This document shows, in pieces, positions 27,315 through 41,225 of a stretch of DNA of 64,000 nucleotides. Within the stretch, counting starts at the first letter, position 1; every line of letters starts with the position of its first letter. A program made the position numbers and the translations under genes. The DNA lies in contig CAVUQH010000003.1 of assembly GCA_963743525.1 (NCBI GenBank), positions 800,001-864,000 of the forward strand. The letters are read 5' to 3'. The DNA is from an uncultured delta proteobacterium. GTDB lineage: Bacteria; Myxococcota_A; Polyangia; Haliangiales; Haliangiaceae. The notes below the pieces were generated by a model that saw nothing but the letters and a program-made list of their open reading frames with translations, did not search any database and was not told the origin of the DNA.

Positions 27315-28046
27315 GTGACGACGCCCAACCTGATGAAGCGCACGACCGCGTCTTCCACGGCGGGCAAGGCGCTGCTGATCTCGGTCGTCATCACCGTGGC
27401 GCTGTACGTCATCCCCAACGGCCGCTACCTCGCCTACCCGCTGCTGCTCATCTCCACGCTGGTGCACGAGCTGGGGCACGGCGTGGCGGCGGTGTTGATG
27501 GGCGGCGAGTTCCACAAGTTCATCATGAACGCCAACGGCTCCGGTGTCGCTTACCACTCGGGCGTCGGCGGCGGCGCCGCGGCGGGGTTCGTCTCGGCCG
27601 GCGGCCTGTGCGGCCCGGCGGTCGGCGCGGCCGCCTGCTTCCTCGGCGCGCGGCGGGCCAAGACCGCCCGCTGGACGCTGGGCATCTTCGGCGCGCTGCT
27701 CGTGCTCGCCGAGATCCTGGTGGTGCGCAACGGCTTCGGCTTCGGCTTCGTCGCCGCGCTGGCAGCGGTGCTGCTGGTGCTGGCGTTGTGGGCCTCGCCC
27801 GCGGTGGCGCAGTTCGGCCTGGTGTTCCTCGGCGTGCAGCTGGCCCTGAGCGTCTTCAGCCGCGGCGACTACCTGTTCACCGACTCCGCCGGCGTGATCA
27901 ACGGCCAGGCGATGCCGTCCGACACCATGCAGATGCAGGTCGCCCTCGGCCTGCCCTACTGGTTCTGGGGCGGCCTGTGTGCCGCCTTCTCCATCGCCGT
28001 CCTCGGCTTCGGCCTGTGGTCGTTCCTGCGACGGGGACGGTCGTAA
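27315..28046 (+). CDS. M50B-like intramembrane zinc peptidase
   Basis: HELGH inside a hydrophobic segment; SAGG; downstream SD; several TMs. Confidence 0.85.
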   Translation: MTTPNLMKRTTASSTAGKALLISVVITVALYVIPNGRYLAYPLLLISTLVHELGHGVAAVLMGGEFHKFIMNANGSGVAYHSGVGGGAAAGFVSAGGLCGPAVGAAACFLGARRAKTARWTLGIFGALLVLAEILVVRNGFGFGFVAALAAVLLVLALWASPAVAQFGLVFLGVQLALSVFSRGDYLFTDSAGVINGQAMPSDTMQMQVALGLPYWFWGGLCAAFSIAVLGFGLWSFLRRGRS

Positions 28047-28201
28047 GTTTCTAAGAAACTTCCTGAAGCATTCCCTCGCGTTGCCCGAAATCGCTCTGCC
28101 CCCGATGGCCGGGTGTCCGGCGTGGCGGACGCGCGCGGAGTGATTCCGGGCAAGGGACCGGAATCGTGCGCGAAAGAACTTAGAAACTTACGAACGTCCC
28201 C
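28033..28201. mobile_element. 169-bp MITE/REPIN-like element with 23-bp terminal inverted repeats
   Basis: GGGGACGGTCGTAAGTTTCTAAG (28033-28055) versus the reverse complement of 28179-28201, GGGGACGTTCGTAAGTTTCTAAG (1 mismatch). Confidence 0.75.
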
Positions 28202-29022
28202 TAGATGAAGAAGTCGGGGAGGAGGGGGGCGCTCGGGTCGATGGCGTACTGATCCAGGTCGGTGACGCCTTCGGCGGCGAGGACTTCGTCGTCGATGAAG
28301 AAGTTGCCGGTGCATTCGCGCGATGGGCGAGTGAGGACGGCGTGGGCGGCGTCGGCCATGATCTCCGGCTTGCGCGAGCCCTTGATCGCCTGGTCGCCGC
28401 CGAGCAGGTTCTTGACCGCCGCGGTGGCAATGGTGGTGCGCGGCCACAGGGCGTTGACCGCGATCCCCTGCGGCTCGAGCTCCTTGGCCATCCCGAGCAC
28501 GCACATGCTCATGCCGAACTTGGCCATGGTGTAGGCCACGTGTGGCGCGAACCACTTGGCCTCCATGTTGAGGGGCGGCGAGTTCATCAGAATGTGCGGG
28601 TTATCCGACTTGGCCAGATGCGGGATCGCCTTCTGCGAGCAGAGGAAGGTGCCGCGGGTGTTGATGTGGTGCATCAAGTCGTAGCGCTTCATCGGCGTGG
28701 CCACGGTGCCGGTCAGGTGGATGGCGCTGGCGTTGTTGATCAGCACGTCGATGCCGCCGAACGTCTCCACCGTCTTGTCCACTGCCGCCTGCACCTGCGC
28801 CTCTTCGCGCACGTCGCAGATGCACGGCAGCGCCTTGCCGCCGGCCTTCTCGATCTCTTCGGCGGCGGTATAGATGGTGCCGGGCAGCCGCGGGTGGGGC
28901 TCGGCGGTCTTGGCCATGATGGCGATGTTGGCGCCGTCGCGCGCGGCGCGCAGCGCCATCGCCAGGCCGATGCCCCGGCTGGCTCCGGAGATGAGGATGG
29001 TCTTTCCCTGCAGCGTGGCCAT
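28201..29022 (-). CDS. Short-chain dehydrogenase/reductase (HSDL2-like subfamily)
   Basis: SGASRGIG, KTAEPHPRLPGTI, NNASA, YTMAK. Confidence 0.92.
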   Translation of the reverse strand: MATLQGKTILISGASRGIGLAMALRAARDGANIAIMAKTAEPHPRLPGTIYTAAEEIEKAGGKALPCICDVREEAQVQAAVDKTVETFGGIDVLINNASAIHLTGTVATPMKRYDLMHHINTRGTFLCSQKAIPHLAKSDNPHILMNSPPLNMEAKWFAPHVAYTMAKFGMSMCVLGMAKELEPQGIAVNALWPRTTIATAAVKNLLGGDQAIKGSRKPEIMADAAHAVLTRPSRECTGNFFIDDEVLAAEGVTDLDQYAIDPSAPLLPDFFI

Positions 29023-29055
29023 GCGCGTTTGTAACACGGCCGTCCCGCTCCCGGG

Positions 29056-31169
<2,114 letters not shown>

Positions 31170-31173
<4 letters not shown>

Positions 31174-32267
31174 TCGCCGCTCTTCCCCCGGCCGCGGCCG
31201 AAGATTCGCCCCAGCAGGCCGCGCTCTTTCGTTTCGCCGCCGCCGCCGCCGACCGCCGCCTCGGCGCCGTCGATCACTCCGATCGCCGCACGGGCAAAGT
31301 CGAGCGCTTGCCGCGCCGCGGCTTCACCCTGGGTCTGCGGCGGCTTGCCGGTCAACGTCGCCAGCGGGCGGACGAGCTCGGGAAACGCACCCGGGTTGGG
31401 CGCCTCGGCGCCGTCGCGGCAGCGCTCGAGCGCGTCGACCAGCGTCTCGGTCAAACGCTCGACCGCGGCGGCGAGGGCGGCGTTGAGCTCGTTCTGCCGC
31501 GCCGCGCTGGCGCCCGTGCGCTTGCCGTCGAGGCGCGCGATCTCCGCACCCAGCTTGCCCAGCGCCAGCAGCATGTCCCACAGCGCGTCGATACCGGCGA
31601 CCACCGGATGCTCGGTCGGGTCGTACGGCAGGTCGGGGCGCTTGCGCTTCTTGATCAGCAGCGACAGGTCCAGGCACAGCTGGCCCAGCTCGCTCAGCGC
31701 GACGCGCTCGTCTTCCACATCCTTGGCCACGCGCCGGCGCTTGCCACCACGGTGGGCCTCGATCTTGATGCGCGTCTTGATCTCTTCGCGCAGCTCGCCG
31801 ATCGACTGCTGCAGGTGGGCGTACTTCTGCTCGAGCAGTGGCGCCAGGTCACTGCGCTTTGCCGCGCCCAGCTTGGGTGCCAGAGCGGCCAGTGCCTGGT
31901 TGAGGTAGGTCATGCGCACCAGTCCGCTGGCGTACAGACCGTATTGGTCGACCCCGTTGGTGGCCTGGAACAGCAGCTCCAGCGCCTGCTGATCGATCTG
32001 CGGGATGTCGTGGGGGATGTCGTAGGTCCCCGCCTGCAGCACTCGCTCGACGTTGCCGTACAGGACTTCGAACTCGCCCAGCGCGCGCCCCTGGTCCTTG
32101 CGCTCTTCCTCTTCTTCTTCGGCCGCGGCGGTCTCTTCGGCCTCTTCCTGCCGGTGGCGATCCTCTTCGGTGTCGTCGCCGCTCTTGTCGGCCACCGGAG
32201 AGCGCTGCTGTTGCGGCTCCAGCTCCTCGTCCGACCGTTCCGGCTGTTTGCGCTGCGCGTCCACCAC
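31170..32267 (-). CDS. Hypothetical protein with acidic N-terminus, translationally coupled to the AAA ATPase
   Basis: Stop overlaps the ATPase ATG (ATGA); helical composition. Confidence 0.75.
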
Positions 32268-32284
32268 CTACCCGCCGTCGCCGA

Positions 32285-32530
32285 TCAGTCTTCGTTGGTT
32301 TCCCACCACTGGCACCACCAGGTCGCTCCGACCAGGATGCGCAGCTTGGGGTGCCAGCAATACGACAGCTTCTCGTCCGGGTTCAGGTAGTACAAGCAGT
32401 TGTCACACTGCTCGTCCCCGTACGGGACCCCCTTGAGCACCGAGTCCTCGGCCATGTGCCGCAGCTCGAGTGCCTTCTGCTCGTCGATCTCTTTCGGTTC
32501 CGGCTTGGGCAGCAGATCGTCGTCAGCCAT
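32285..32530 (-). CDS. HiPIP-like 4Fe-4S protein without an obvious Tat signal
   Basis: CDNCLYY...C...WWCQWW spacing matches the HiPIP CxxC..C..WC pattern. Confidence 0.65.
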   Translation of the reverse strand: MADDDLLPKPEPKEIDEQKALELRHMAEDSVLKGVPYGDEQCDNCLYYLNPDEKLSYCWHPKLRILVGATWWCQWWETNED

Positions 32531-32554
32531 CGCCGCATTCTACTCGACCGGCGG

Positions 32555-33576
32555 TCATTTGACAGCGCGCTGGGCGAACCAGCGCACGGTCTCGACCAGG
32601 CCGGGGCCGACCAGATGGGTGGGCTCGTAGCCCACTGCCCCGGTCAGCGCCGAGACGTCGGCCTGCGAGTGCAGCACGTCGCCCGCGCGGGGCGGGAGCA
32701 TCGCCGGCTCGGCACCGGCGACCGCCGGATGCGAGGTCGCCAGCTCGTCGCGGATCACGCGGAACAGCTCGCGCAGGTCGGTGCGACCGCCGACGCCGAC
32801 GTTGTAGGCGGCGTTGGTCGCCGACGAGTCGGCCATCGCCGACAGGATGTTCGCCTGCACCGCGTTGTCGACGTAGCAAAAGTCGCGGCTGTTCGAGCCG
32901 TCGCCGAAGATTTCGCACGTCTCGCCGGCGATCAGCCGGCCGATCCAGCGGGGGATGACCGCGGCGTACGGCCCGTCCGGATCCTGGCGGCGGCCGAAGA
33001 CGTTGAAGTAGCGCAGGCCGATGATCTCCAGCCCGTAGCTGTCCTGGATGACGCCGGCGTACAGCTCGTCGACGTATTTGGTGACCGCGTACGGCGACAG
33101 CTGGCGGCCGATGCGCGCCTCGACCTTGGGCAGCCCGGGGTGGTCGCCGTAGACCGAGCTCGAGCTGGCGTAGACCGCGCGGGTCACGCCGGCGTCGCGG
33201 GCGGCGATCATCACGTTGAGGAAGCCATCGACGTTGGCCCGGTGCGACGCCAGCGGATCGGCGATCGATCGCGGCACCGATCCCAGCGCCGCCTGGTGCA
33301 GCACGAAGTCAACTCCTTCGCAGGCGCGCTTGCAGGTGTCGAGGTCGCAGATGTCGCCTTCGATGAAGCGGAAGCGAGCGCCGTCGCCCGCGCCCGCCAG
33401 CACGTCGTCGAGGTTGTGCTGATGGCCGGTGGCGAAGTTGTCCAGGCCGACGACCTCCTGGCCCAGTGCCAGCAGCTCCTCGAGCAGGGCCGAGCCGATG
33501 AAGCCGGCGACGCCGGTGACCAGCCAGCGCCGCGGCTGGTCGCGAAGAGCGGCGCGGACCTGGTCGTAGCGGGTCA

Positions 33577-33577
<1 letters not shown>
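32555..33577 (-). CDS. tviC: UDP-GlcNAc(A) 4-epimerase (TviC/WbpP-like)
   Basis: [42 protein letters not shown]. Confidence 0.9.
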
Positions 33578-34873
<1,296 letters not shown>

Positions 34874-34951
34874 GGAGGAGCAGGAAAGCACAGCGCAACC
34901 GGCCGGGCAAGAGTGTCTGCGCCGCTCGCGCGGCGGTGCTATCTTCCGCCC

Positions 34952-37229
34952 GTGCCACGAGCCATCCACGAAGGTGACGTGATTCCGCCAGGCTGGGCTG
35001 TGCCCGGTCGGGCCCTGAGGACCGCAGTCACCTGGACGGCGCTGGCCGCGCTGGTCGCCTGTGCCGGTTGTCCGCGCAAGCGCCGGCAGCACCACGGCAG
35101 CAGCAGCACCGGCGTGGTCGATGTGAAGCCGACTCCGGATCTCGACGTGACGCCGGTGACCGGCCCGGTCGAGCCGGCCGCGGTGGCCCATCCGCGGATC
35201 ATCCTCGACCGCGCCACCCAGGCCCGGCTGCGGGCGGCGGCCAAGGCCAAGACGCCGGCGTGGAAGCGGGTGTCGGTGGAGTGCGACCGCTATCTGTCCA
35301 GCGTCGCCGGCGGCAGCTACCAGGGGATGCAGTGGACCGAGGCGGTGGCAAACCTGTCACTCTGCTGGTACGCCACAGGCGAGCGGAAATACGTCGATCG
35401 GGCGCTGATCTACGCCCAGGCGCTGGTCGACGACAAATCCAAGGTCGGCGACGGCCTCGGCGGCGACGCGGTGGTGCGGTCGGACTCGGGCTACGCGATC
35501 CGCTCGTACGGCGTCTACACCGCGCTGGCCTACGACTGGCTGCACGATGCTCCCGGGATGACGCCGGAGCTGCGACAGAAGATGGTCGAGCGGCTGCGGG
35601 TGTGGATCCCCTGGTACCAGGAGAAGGGCTATCTGAAGGACAACCCGTTCGCCAACTACTTCTGGGGCTACTTCACCGCGCTCAACCTGGCGGCGCTGGC
35701 GACCGCCGGCGAGAACCCCGACGCCGACGGTTGGTTGGCGACCGCGCGGCAGCTGATGACCGACAAGATCGTGCCCGCGTTCGGCACCTACCTGCGCGGC
35801 GGCGCCTGGCCCGAGGGCTGGCAGTACGGCGAGCTGGTGGCGATCGAGCTGGCGGTGATCCTGAAAGCGCACCAGACCGCGACCGGCACCAACCTGGTGC
35901 AGCGATTCCCGTGGATCCCCGAGGGCGTAGACCACCAGCTGTTCCGCCTCCTGCCCGACGGCAACAGCACCTACGACAACGGCACCCACGGCAGCAAGCC
36001 TCCCGTGCCCAGCGCCAAGGTGCTGTGGGCGCTGAGCTGGATGCTCGACGGCGTCAACGACGGCAAGGCGGCGCAGGCGCGGTTCGTCGCCGAGCACCTC
36101 TATCCCAAGCTGTCGCGCAACTACGCGTGGGCGATGCTGCTGGCCGAGCGGCCGGGGGCGCCGGAGACGGATCCGCGCTCACCCGACCGCCTGTCGGACT
36201 ACCTGCCCGGACCGGGGCTGACGTTTGCCCGCTCGGGCTGGGATCCGGGCGCCACCTGGGTGTCGCTGCAGGCCGGGCCGAAGATCGCGGTCGACCACCA
36301 GCACAACGATCAGGGCCACTTCGAGCTGTGGCGCGGCGGCGACGCGCTGCTGGTTGACGGTTCCGATGACGGCTACGCGACCATCAACCACAACTCGCTG
36401 CTGATCTACGACGCCGACCACGTGCTCAACTATTCGCCCAACCAGGGCGTGTGGGCGCGCGAGTCCAAGACCGTGCGCTACGGCGACCGGGACGGCGTGA
36501 TGGTGGCGGTCGGCGACCTGGCCGACGCCTGGGCTCCCAAGTGCGCGCTGGACGGCTGCAGCAAGCGGGCGCTGAAGAAGGCGATGCGCACGCTGGTGTT
36601 CGTCCGTCCCAACCTGGTGGTCATCGACGACGACGTCGAGGTCACCGACGATCAGACCGGCGTCGTCTGGGCCGCGCACGTGTCGGTGGTGCCGCAGCTG
36701 GCGGGCAGCCGCGCCAGCGCCGTGGTCGGGCGGTCGCGCGTCAACGTGCACGCCCTGTGGCCCGACGGCGCGACCATCGCGGCGCCCAAGGAGCCGACGC
36801 CCAGCAAGGAGGGCGTCTATCGCGAGAACCTGCCGCGCGGCAACATGTGGCGGCTGGAGACCGACACGCCCAGGGGATTCCGACTCGCGGCACCTCTTGC
36901 ACTGGATCACCGTGGACGCGTCGGGCGCGGCGCCGTCAACGGTCACCCGCATCGACGGCAAGGGCTTGCGCGGCGGCGCCGGGGTGACCGGTGGTCGCGC
37001 GGTGGCGGTGCTGTTCGGCGGCGGCGACGGCGGCAGCGCGGTGCTGACCGGCATGCCCGGCGCAAGGCGCGAGGTGGTGCTGGTCGGGCTCGATCCGGAC
37101 GCCGGCTACCAGGTGACCGCCGCCGGCGGTGGCGACGGCTGCCAGCTGCAGGTGGCCAAGGGCGGGGCGAAGAAGGCCAGCAGCGGCGGCGCGCTGCGCA
37201 TCGATCTCGACGGTTGCACGGTCCGCTGA
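34952..37229 (+). CDS. Exported heparinase II/III-like polysaccharide lyase, frameshift at about 36878
   Basis: Helical N-half with NYFWG and [12 protein letters not shown]-half [22 protein letters not shown]. The true end is the TGA overlapping the next ATG. Confidence 0.7.
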
Positions 37230-38527
37230 TGCGCGCGCTGCTGGTTTCGTATGCCTTTCCGCCGGTGGGTGGCGCCGGCGTCGGACGGGTGCTGAAGTTT
37301 CAGAAGTACCTGCCCGACCACGGTGTCAACGTGTCGGTGCTGACCGTGGCCAACCCATCGGTGCCGGTCACCGACGAGTCGCTTGCGCGCGACGTCCGGC
37401 CCGAGACCGAGGTCATCCGCGCGCGCACGTTCGAGCCCGGGTACGCGGTCAAGAAGGCGGCGTGGAGCGAGCAGGGCGGGGCGGCGGCGCGGCGATCGCT
37501 CACCCGGAGGCTGGTCGGCGGCGCGGTATCCGTGGGCAAGCAGGCGCTGGTTCCCGACCCGCAGCTGTTGTGGCAACCGGCGGCGCAGGCGGCGCTGGCT
37601 CGCCGGTTGGCGTCGGCCGACGCCCCCGACGTGGTCTTCATCAGCGGCCCGCCGTTTTCGCAGTTCCTGCTGGCGCCGCTGGCCCGGCTGCGCCCGCGCA
37701 CCAGGGTGGTCCTCGACTACCGCGACGAGTGGATCACCTACCGCACGACCTACGAGATGATGGGCCGGCTGGGCGCCATCGTCGGCGGGCCGATGGAGCG
37801 GACGCTGCTGCGCACCGCCCACGCCGTCACCACCGCGACCGACGCCTTTCGCGACAATCTGCTGGCGAGCTTTCCGTTCCTCGATCCGGACCGGGTCATC
37901 ACCATCCCCAACGGCTACGACCCCGACGACTTCCCCGCCCAGCTGCCGCGTCCGGGCGGCGACCGCTTCGTCATCACCTACGCCGGCACCATTTTCAAGC
38001 TGACCAGTCCGCGCGGTCTGCTCGGCGCCGTCCGCCGGCTGCACGAGCGCGACCCCGAGCTGGCACGCTTGCTGTCCCTGCGCTTCATCGGCCGCATCGT
38101 CAACACCGAGGCCGACGCGTTCGAGGGCACCGAGGAGCTCGGGGTCGAGCGCCTGCCGTACATGGCCAAGGAAGCGGTCACCGAACAGCTGGCCCGCAGC
38201 CACATGACCCTGTGCCTGCTCGATGACGTCCCCGGCAACGAGCGCATCTACCCGGGCAAGGTGTTCGAGCTGATGTACCTGGGCCGCCCATGCTTGACCC
38301 TGGCCCCGCCCGGCGCGTTGTCGGAGCTGGCCACCCGCCACAACCTCGGCCCCGTTCTTCGACCCCGCGACGAGGGCGCCATCGCCGACCACCTGGCCAC
38401 CGCGCTCCGCGCCTTCCGCGACAACACCTACGACTCCACCTCGGCCGCCACCGACATCGACCAATTCCACCGCTCCCACCAGGCCGCCATGCTGGGGACG
38501 CTCTTTAGTTCTTTAGTTTCTTCCTGA
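37229..38527 (+). CDS. GT4-family glycosyltransferase
   Basis: SYAFPPVGGAGV, SGPPFS, LDYRDEW, IPNGYD, PGKVFE. Confidence 0.88.
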   Translation: MRALLVSYAFPPVGGAGVGRVLKFQKYLPDHGVNVSVLTVANPSVPVTDESLARDVRPETEVIRARTFEPGYAVKKAAWSEQGGAAARRSLTRRLVGGAVSVGKQALVPDPQLLWQPAAQAALARRLASADAPDVVFISGPPFSQFLLAPLARLRPRTRVVLDYRDEWITYRTTYEMMGRLGAIVGGPMERTLLRTAHAVTTATDAFRDNLLASFPFLDPDRVITIPNGYDPDDFPAQLPRPGGDRFVITYAGTIFKLTSPRGLLGAVRRLHERDPELARLLSLRFIGRIVNTEADAFEGTEELGVERLPYMAKEAVTEQLARSHMTLCLLDDVPGNERIYPGKVFELMYLGRPCLTLAPPGALSELATRHNLGPVLRPRDEGAIADHLATALRAFRDNTYDSTSAATDIDQFHRSHQAAMLGTLFSSLVSS

Positions 38528-38561
38528 GTACTTCCGCCGACTTGGGGCGACCCCTGTCGCA
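38493..38561 (+). repeat. Dispersed 69-bp repeat, copy 2
   Basis: TGGGGACGCTCTTTAGTT...CCCCTGTCGCA with the same spacing as copy 1. Confidence 0.8.
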
Positions 38562-38568
38562 CCCCGGG

Positions 38569-39483
38569 CTACGCGCCCAGGGCCGCGGCGATGTCGCCGA
38601 CGCGGCACGGACGCGCCGCCGGATTGCGCGCCAGGCAGCCGCGGATGACCTGGTCCCAGGTCGGGTCGAGCGCCGGCACTCGCTGCCTCGGCGACGGCGT
38701 CTCGCCGGTCAGTCGGGCATGGGCGATCCGTTTTGCATCGTCACCGACGAACGGCAGCGTTCCGGTGACGAGCTCGAACAGGATGACCCCCAGCGAGAAG
38801 ACGTCGGTCCGCTCCAGAGCCATGCCGCCCTCTACCTGCTCGGGCGCCATGTACGCCGGTGTTCCCAGGATGTGGACCATGTTGCAGCGGCAGCCGAACT
38901 CGTAGCAGCACGGCACCGCCAGGCCGAAGTCGGTGATGACGACGTGGTCCCGTTGCGGCCCGGTGAGGAGGACGTTGGACGGCTTCAGGTCGGCGTGGAC
39001 CACCTCGGCCGCGTGGGCCGCGGCGACTCCGGCCAGGAGCTGGCGCACGAACGGTCGCGCGTCGTCGACCGATAGCGGTGCACGGCTGCGAATCAGGTCG
39101 GCCAGGGTGTCACCCTCGTGCAGCGCCATGGTGTAGAAGACGCGCTCGCCGCTGATCTCGACGTCGAAGACCCGGCAGACGTTGGCATGGGTGACCTTGC
39201 GGGCCAGCCGGATCTCCTCGACGAAGCGCGCCTGGGCCTCGGGCTTGTGCGACAGGTCCGGGCGCAGGATCTTCAGCGCCACGTCCTCGCCGAGCACCGT
39301 GTCGCGGGCCTCGTAGACCTCGCCCATGCCGCCGCCGGCGACGAAGCGGGTGATGCGATAGCGGGTTGCGAGCACGGCCCCCGGCGCGAGCGCCGCCGAG
39401 GCTGCGCGGGCCATTCGATTGGACGAGTTGGCGTCGGTCAAGGTGGCCTCGGCGCCCGGGGCCTGGTCGCGCTCGTCGAGCAT
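38569..39483 (-). CDS. Kinase-only Ser/Thr kinase, non-RD (HAD), with Cys-rich activation loop
   Basis: GGMGEVY, VALK, HADLKPSNV, DFGLAVPCCYEFGCRCNMVHILGTPAYMAPE. Confidence 0.9.
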   Translation of the reverse strand: MLDERDQAPGAEATLTDANSSNRMARAASAALAPGAVLATRYRITRFVAGGGMGEVYEARDTVLGEDVALKILRPDLSHKPEAQARFVEEIRLARKVTHANVCRVFDVEISGERVFYTMALHEGDTLADLIRSRAPLSVDDARPFVRQLLAGVAAAHAAEVVHADLKPSNVLLTGPQRDHVVITDFGLAVPCCYEFGCRCNMVHILGTPAYMAPEQVEGGMALERTDVFSLGVILFELVTGTLPFVGDDAKRIAHARLTGETPSPRQRVPALDPTWDQVIRGCLARNPAARPCRVGDIAAALGA

Positions 39484-39500
39484 GTACCAAGCCTACGCCC

Positions 39501-39569
39501 TGCGACTGGGGGTGGCACAAGAGATTGGATTTCTGAGGGAAAAAAGTGAAAAACTAATGAGCGTCCCCA
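39501..39569 (-). repeat. Dispersed 69-bp repeat, copy 3 (inverted)
   Basis: Reverse complement reads TGGGGACGCTCATTAGTT...CCCCAGTCGCA. Confidence 0.85.
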
Positions 39570-41200
39570 TGCGAGAGGTGTTGGTTGGCGATGTGATGAC
39601 GGCTGAGGAGTTGGTGACGTTGCGCCGCTCCGAGAGCCTGCCGAGCGCCGCGGAGCTGATGAAGCTGGCGCGTATCCGCCACTTGCCCGTGGTCGACGAT
39701 CAGCATCGGTTGGTCGGGCTGGTAACCCATCGCGACGTGTTGGCGGCACAGGTTGGCGCGACGTCGCCGCTGGACGACGACGAGCGGTCCGAGCTGCAGC
39801 TGGGGGTTCGCGTCGAGCGGATCATGCACCGCCAGGTGTGGACCGTTCGCCCCGAGCAACCGGCCCTCGACGCGGCCCGGTTGCTCCGCGATCTCGACTT
39901 CGGTTGCGTGCCCGTGGTCGACGGCGAGCGCAAGCTGATCGGCATCGTCACCGAGGCCGACTTCCTCGAGCTCGCCGGTCGCCTGTTCGACGGCGACATC
40001 GACCGGCCGGTGCGCGAGATGATGACCGTCGGCGTGGTCGCACTGGCCCCCGACGACGAGCTGTCGATGGCCGACCTGCTGATGAAGCTCGAGCACATCC
40101 GCCACCTGCCGGTGATCGACGACGCCGGCGCCCTGGTCGGCCTGCTCACCCATCGCGATCTGTTGCGCGCCCGCCGCAGCACGCTGTCGGATGCGCCTGC
40201 CTACCCGGCCAGCATTACCGCGCGGGATCTGATGCAGACCCAGGTCGACACGGTGACCCCCACGACCTCCGCCCTGGCCGCCGTGCGCCGGATGATCGAG
40301 CACCGGCACGGCTGCCTGCCGGTGGTCGACAACGGCCGCGTGGTCGGCATCGTCACCGAGTCCGACTTCCTCCGCGGCATCATCGCCGTGCTGATGCCGC
40401 GCCGCCACCCGCCGCGGCACGACGCGCCGGTCAACTACTACATGACCGAGCACGTGGTGCTGGTGCATCAGGACCAGGACCTCGAGACCGTCGAGCGCAC
40501 GCTCGAAGAACACCGGGTCTCCGGCACCGCCGTGATCGACGACCGCGGCGTGGTCGTCGGTGCCATCTCGCGCAGCGACCTGTTGCGCGCCCGGCTGCCC
40601 GGCGTCGATCACGGCACCGTGCGAGACCTGTTGCGGCTGCCGCCGGAGCCGGTCACCCGGGTGGCGAGCAAGGCGCTGGTGACCACCCGCCCCGACGTGC
40701 CCATCGTCGAGGCCGCCGCCGCCATGCTCGCCCGCGGCGTGCACCGCCTGTTCGTCATCGACGGTGAGCGCCGCCCGATCGGCGTGGTCTCGGTCAACGA
40801 TCTGGCGCTGGCGGTGCGCGACTTCGAGCTCGACGATCCGGTCGCCAGCTACGCCGCCTCGCCGATCTTCACCGTTGACGCCAACGAGTCGCTGGCCAAG
40901 GCACTGGAGCTGCTCGATCTGGCCGGGCTCAGCGGCGTCGTGGTGCGCGATCACGTCTGGCCGGTCGGCTATCTGTCGCACGAAGAGGTGCTGCGCGCTC
41001 GCGATCTGCCCGACCAGACGCCGGTGCAGTTCGCCATGAGCCAGCGGCTGATCACAGTGTCCGCCGATCTGCCCGTGCACCGCGTCGCCGGCCAGGTCGC
41101 GGCGCTTCGCGCCCGTCGCGTGGTGGTTCTCAGCGAGGGGCACGTCTCCGGCGTGCTCACCGGAATGGACTTCGCCCGCGCGCTGGTCGCCGCTCGCTGA
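39557..41200 (+). CDS. CBS-only protein with four CBS pairs
   Basis: Repeated RHLPV(V/I)DD..LVGL.THRD and GCxPVVD..GIVTExDF units. Start is 39557 or 39569. Confidence 0.88.
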   Translation: MSVPMREVLVGDVMTAEELVTLRRSESLPSAAELMKLARIRHLPVVDDQHRLVGLVTHRDVLAAQVGATSPLDDDERSELQLGVRVERIMHRQVWTVRPEQPALDAARLLRDLDFGCVPVVDGERKLIGIVTEADFLELAGRLFDGDIDRPVREMMTVGVVALAPDDELSMADLLMKLEHIRHLPVIDDAGALVGLLTHRDLLRARRSTLSDAPAYPASITARDLMQTQVDTVTPTTSALAAVRRMIEHRHGCLPVVDNGRVVGIVTESDFLRGIIAVLMPRRHPPRHDAPVNYYMTEHVVLVHQDQDLETVERTLEEHRVSGTAVIDDRGVVVGAISRSDLLRARLPGVDHGTVRDLLRLPPEPVTRVASKALVTTRPDVPIVEAAAAMLARGVHRLFVIDGERRPIGVVSVNDLALAVRDFELDDPVASYAASPIFTVDANESLAKALELLDLAGLSGVVVRDHVWPVGYLSHEEVLRARDLPDQTPVQFAMSQRLITVSADLPVHRVAGQVAALRARRVVVLSEGHVSGVLTGMDFARALVAAR

Positions 41201-41225
41201 GCCAATTCGGGTATAACCGCCGCCG

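Noticed and set aside
34913..38527. 1204-aa lyase-glycosyltransferase fusion ORF
   Set aside because: It is created by a +1 frameshift near 36878. The linker is off-frame Arg-rich sequence, and the real lyase ends at a TGATG overlap at 37227-37231.
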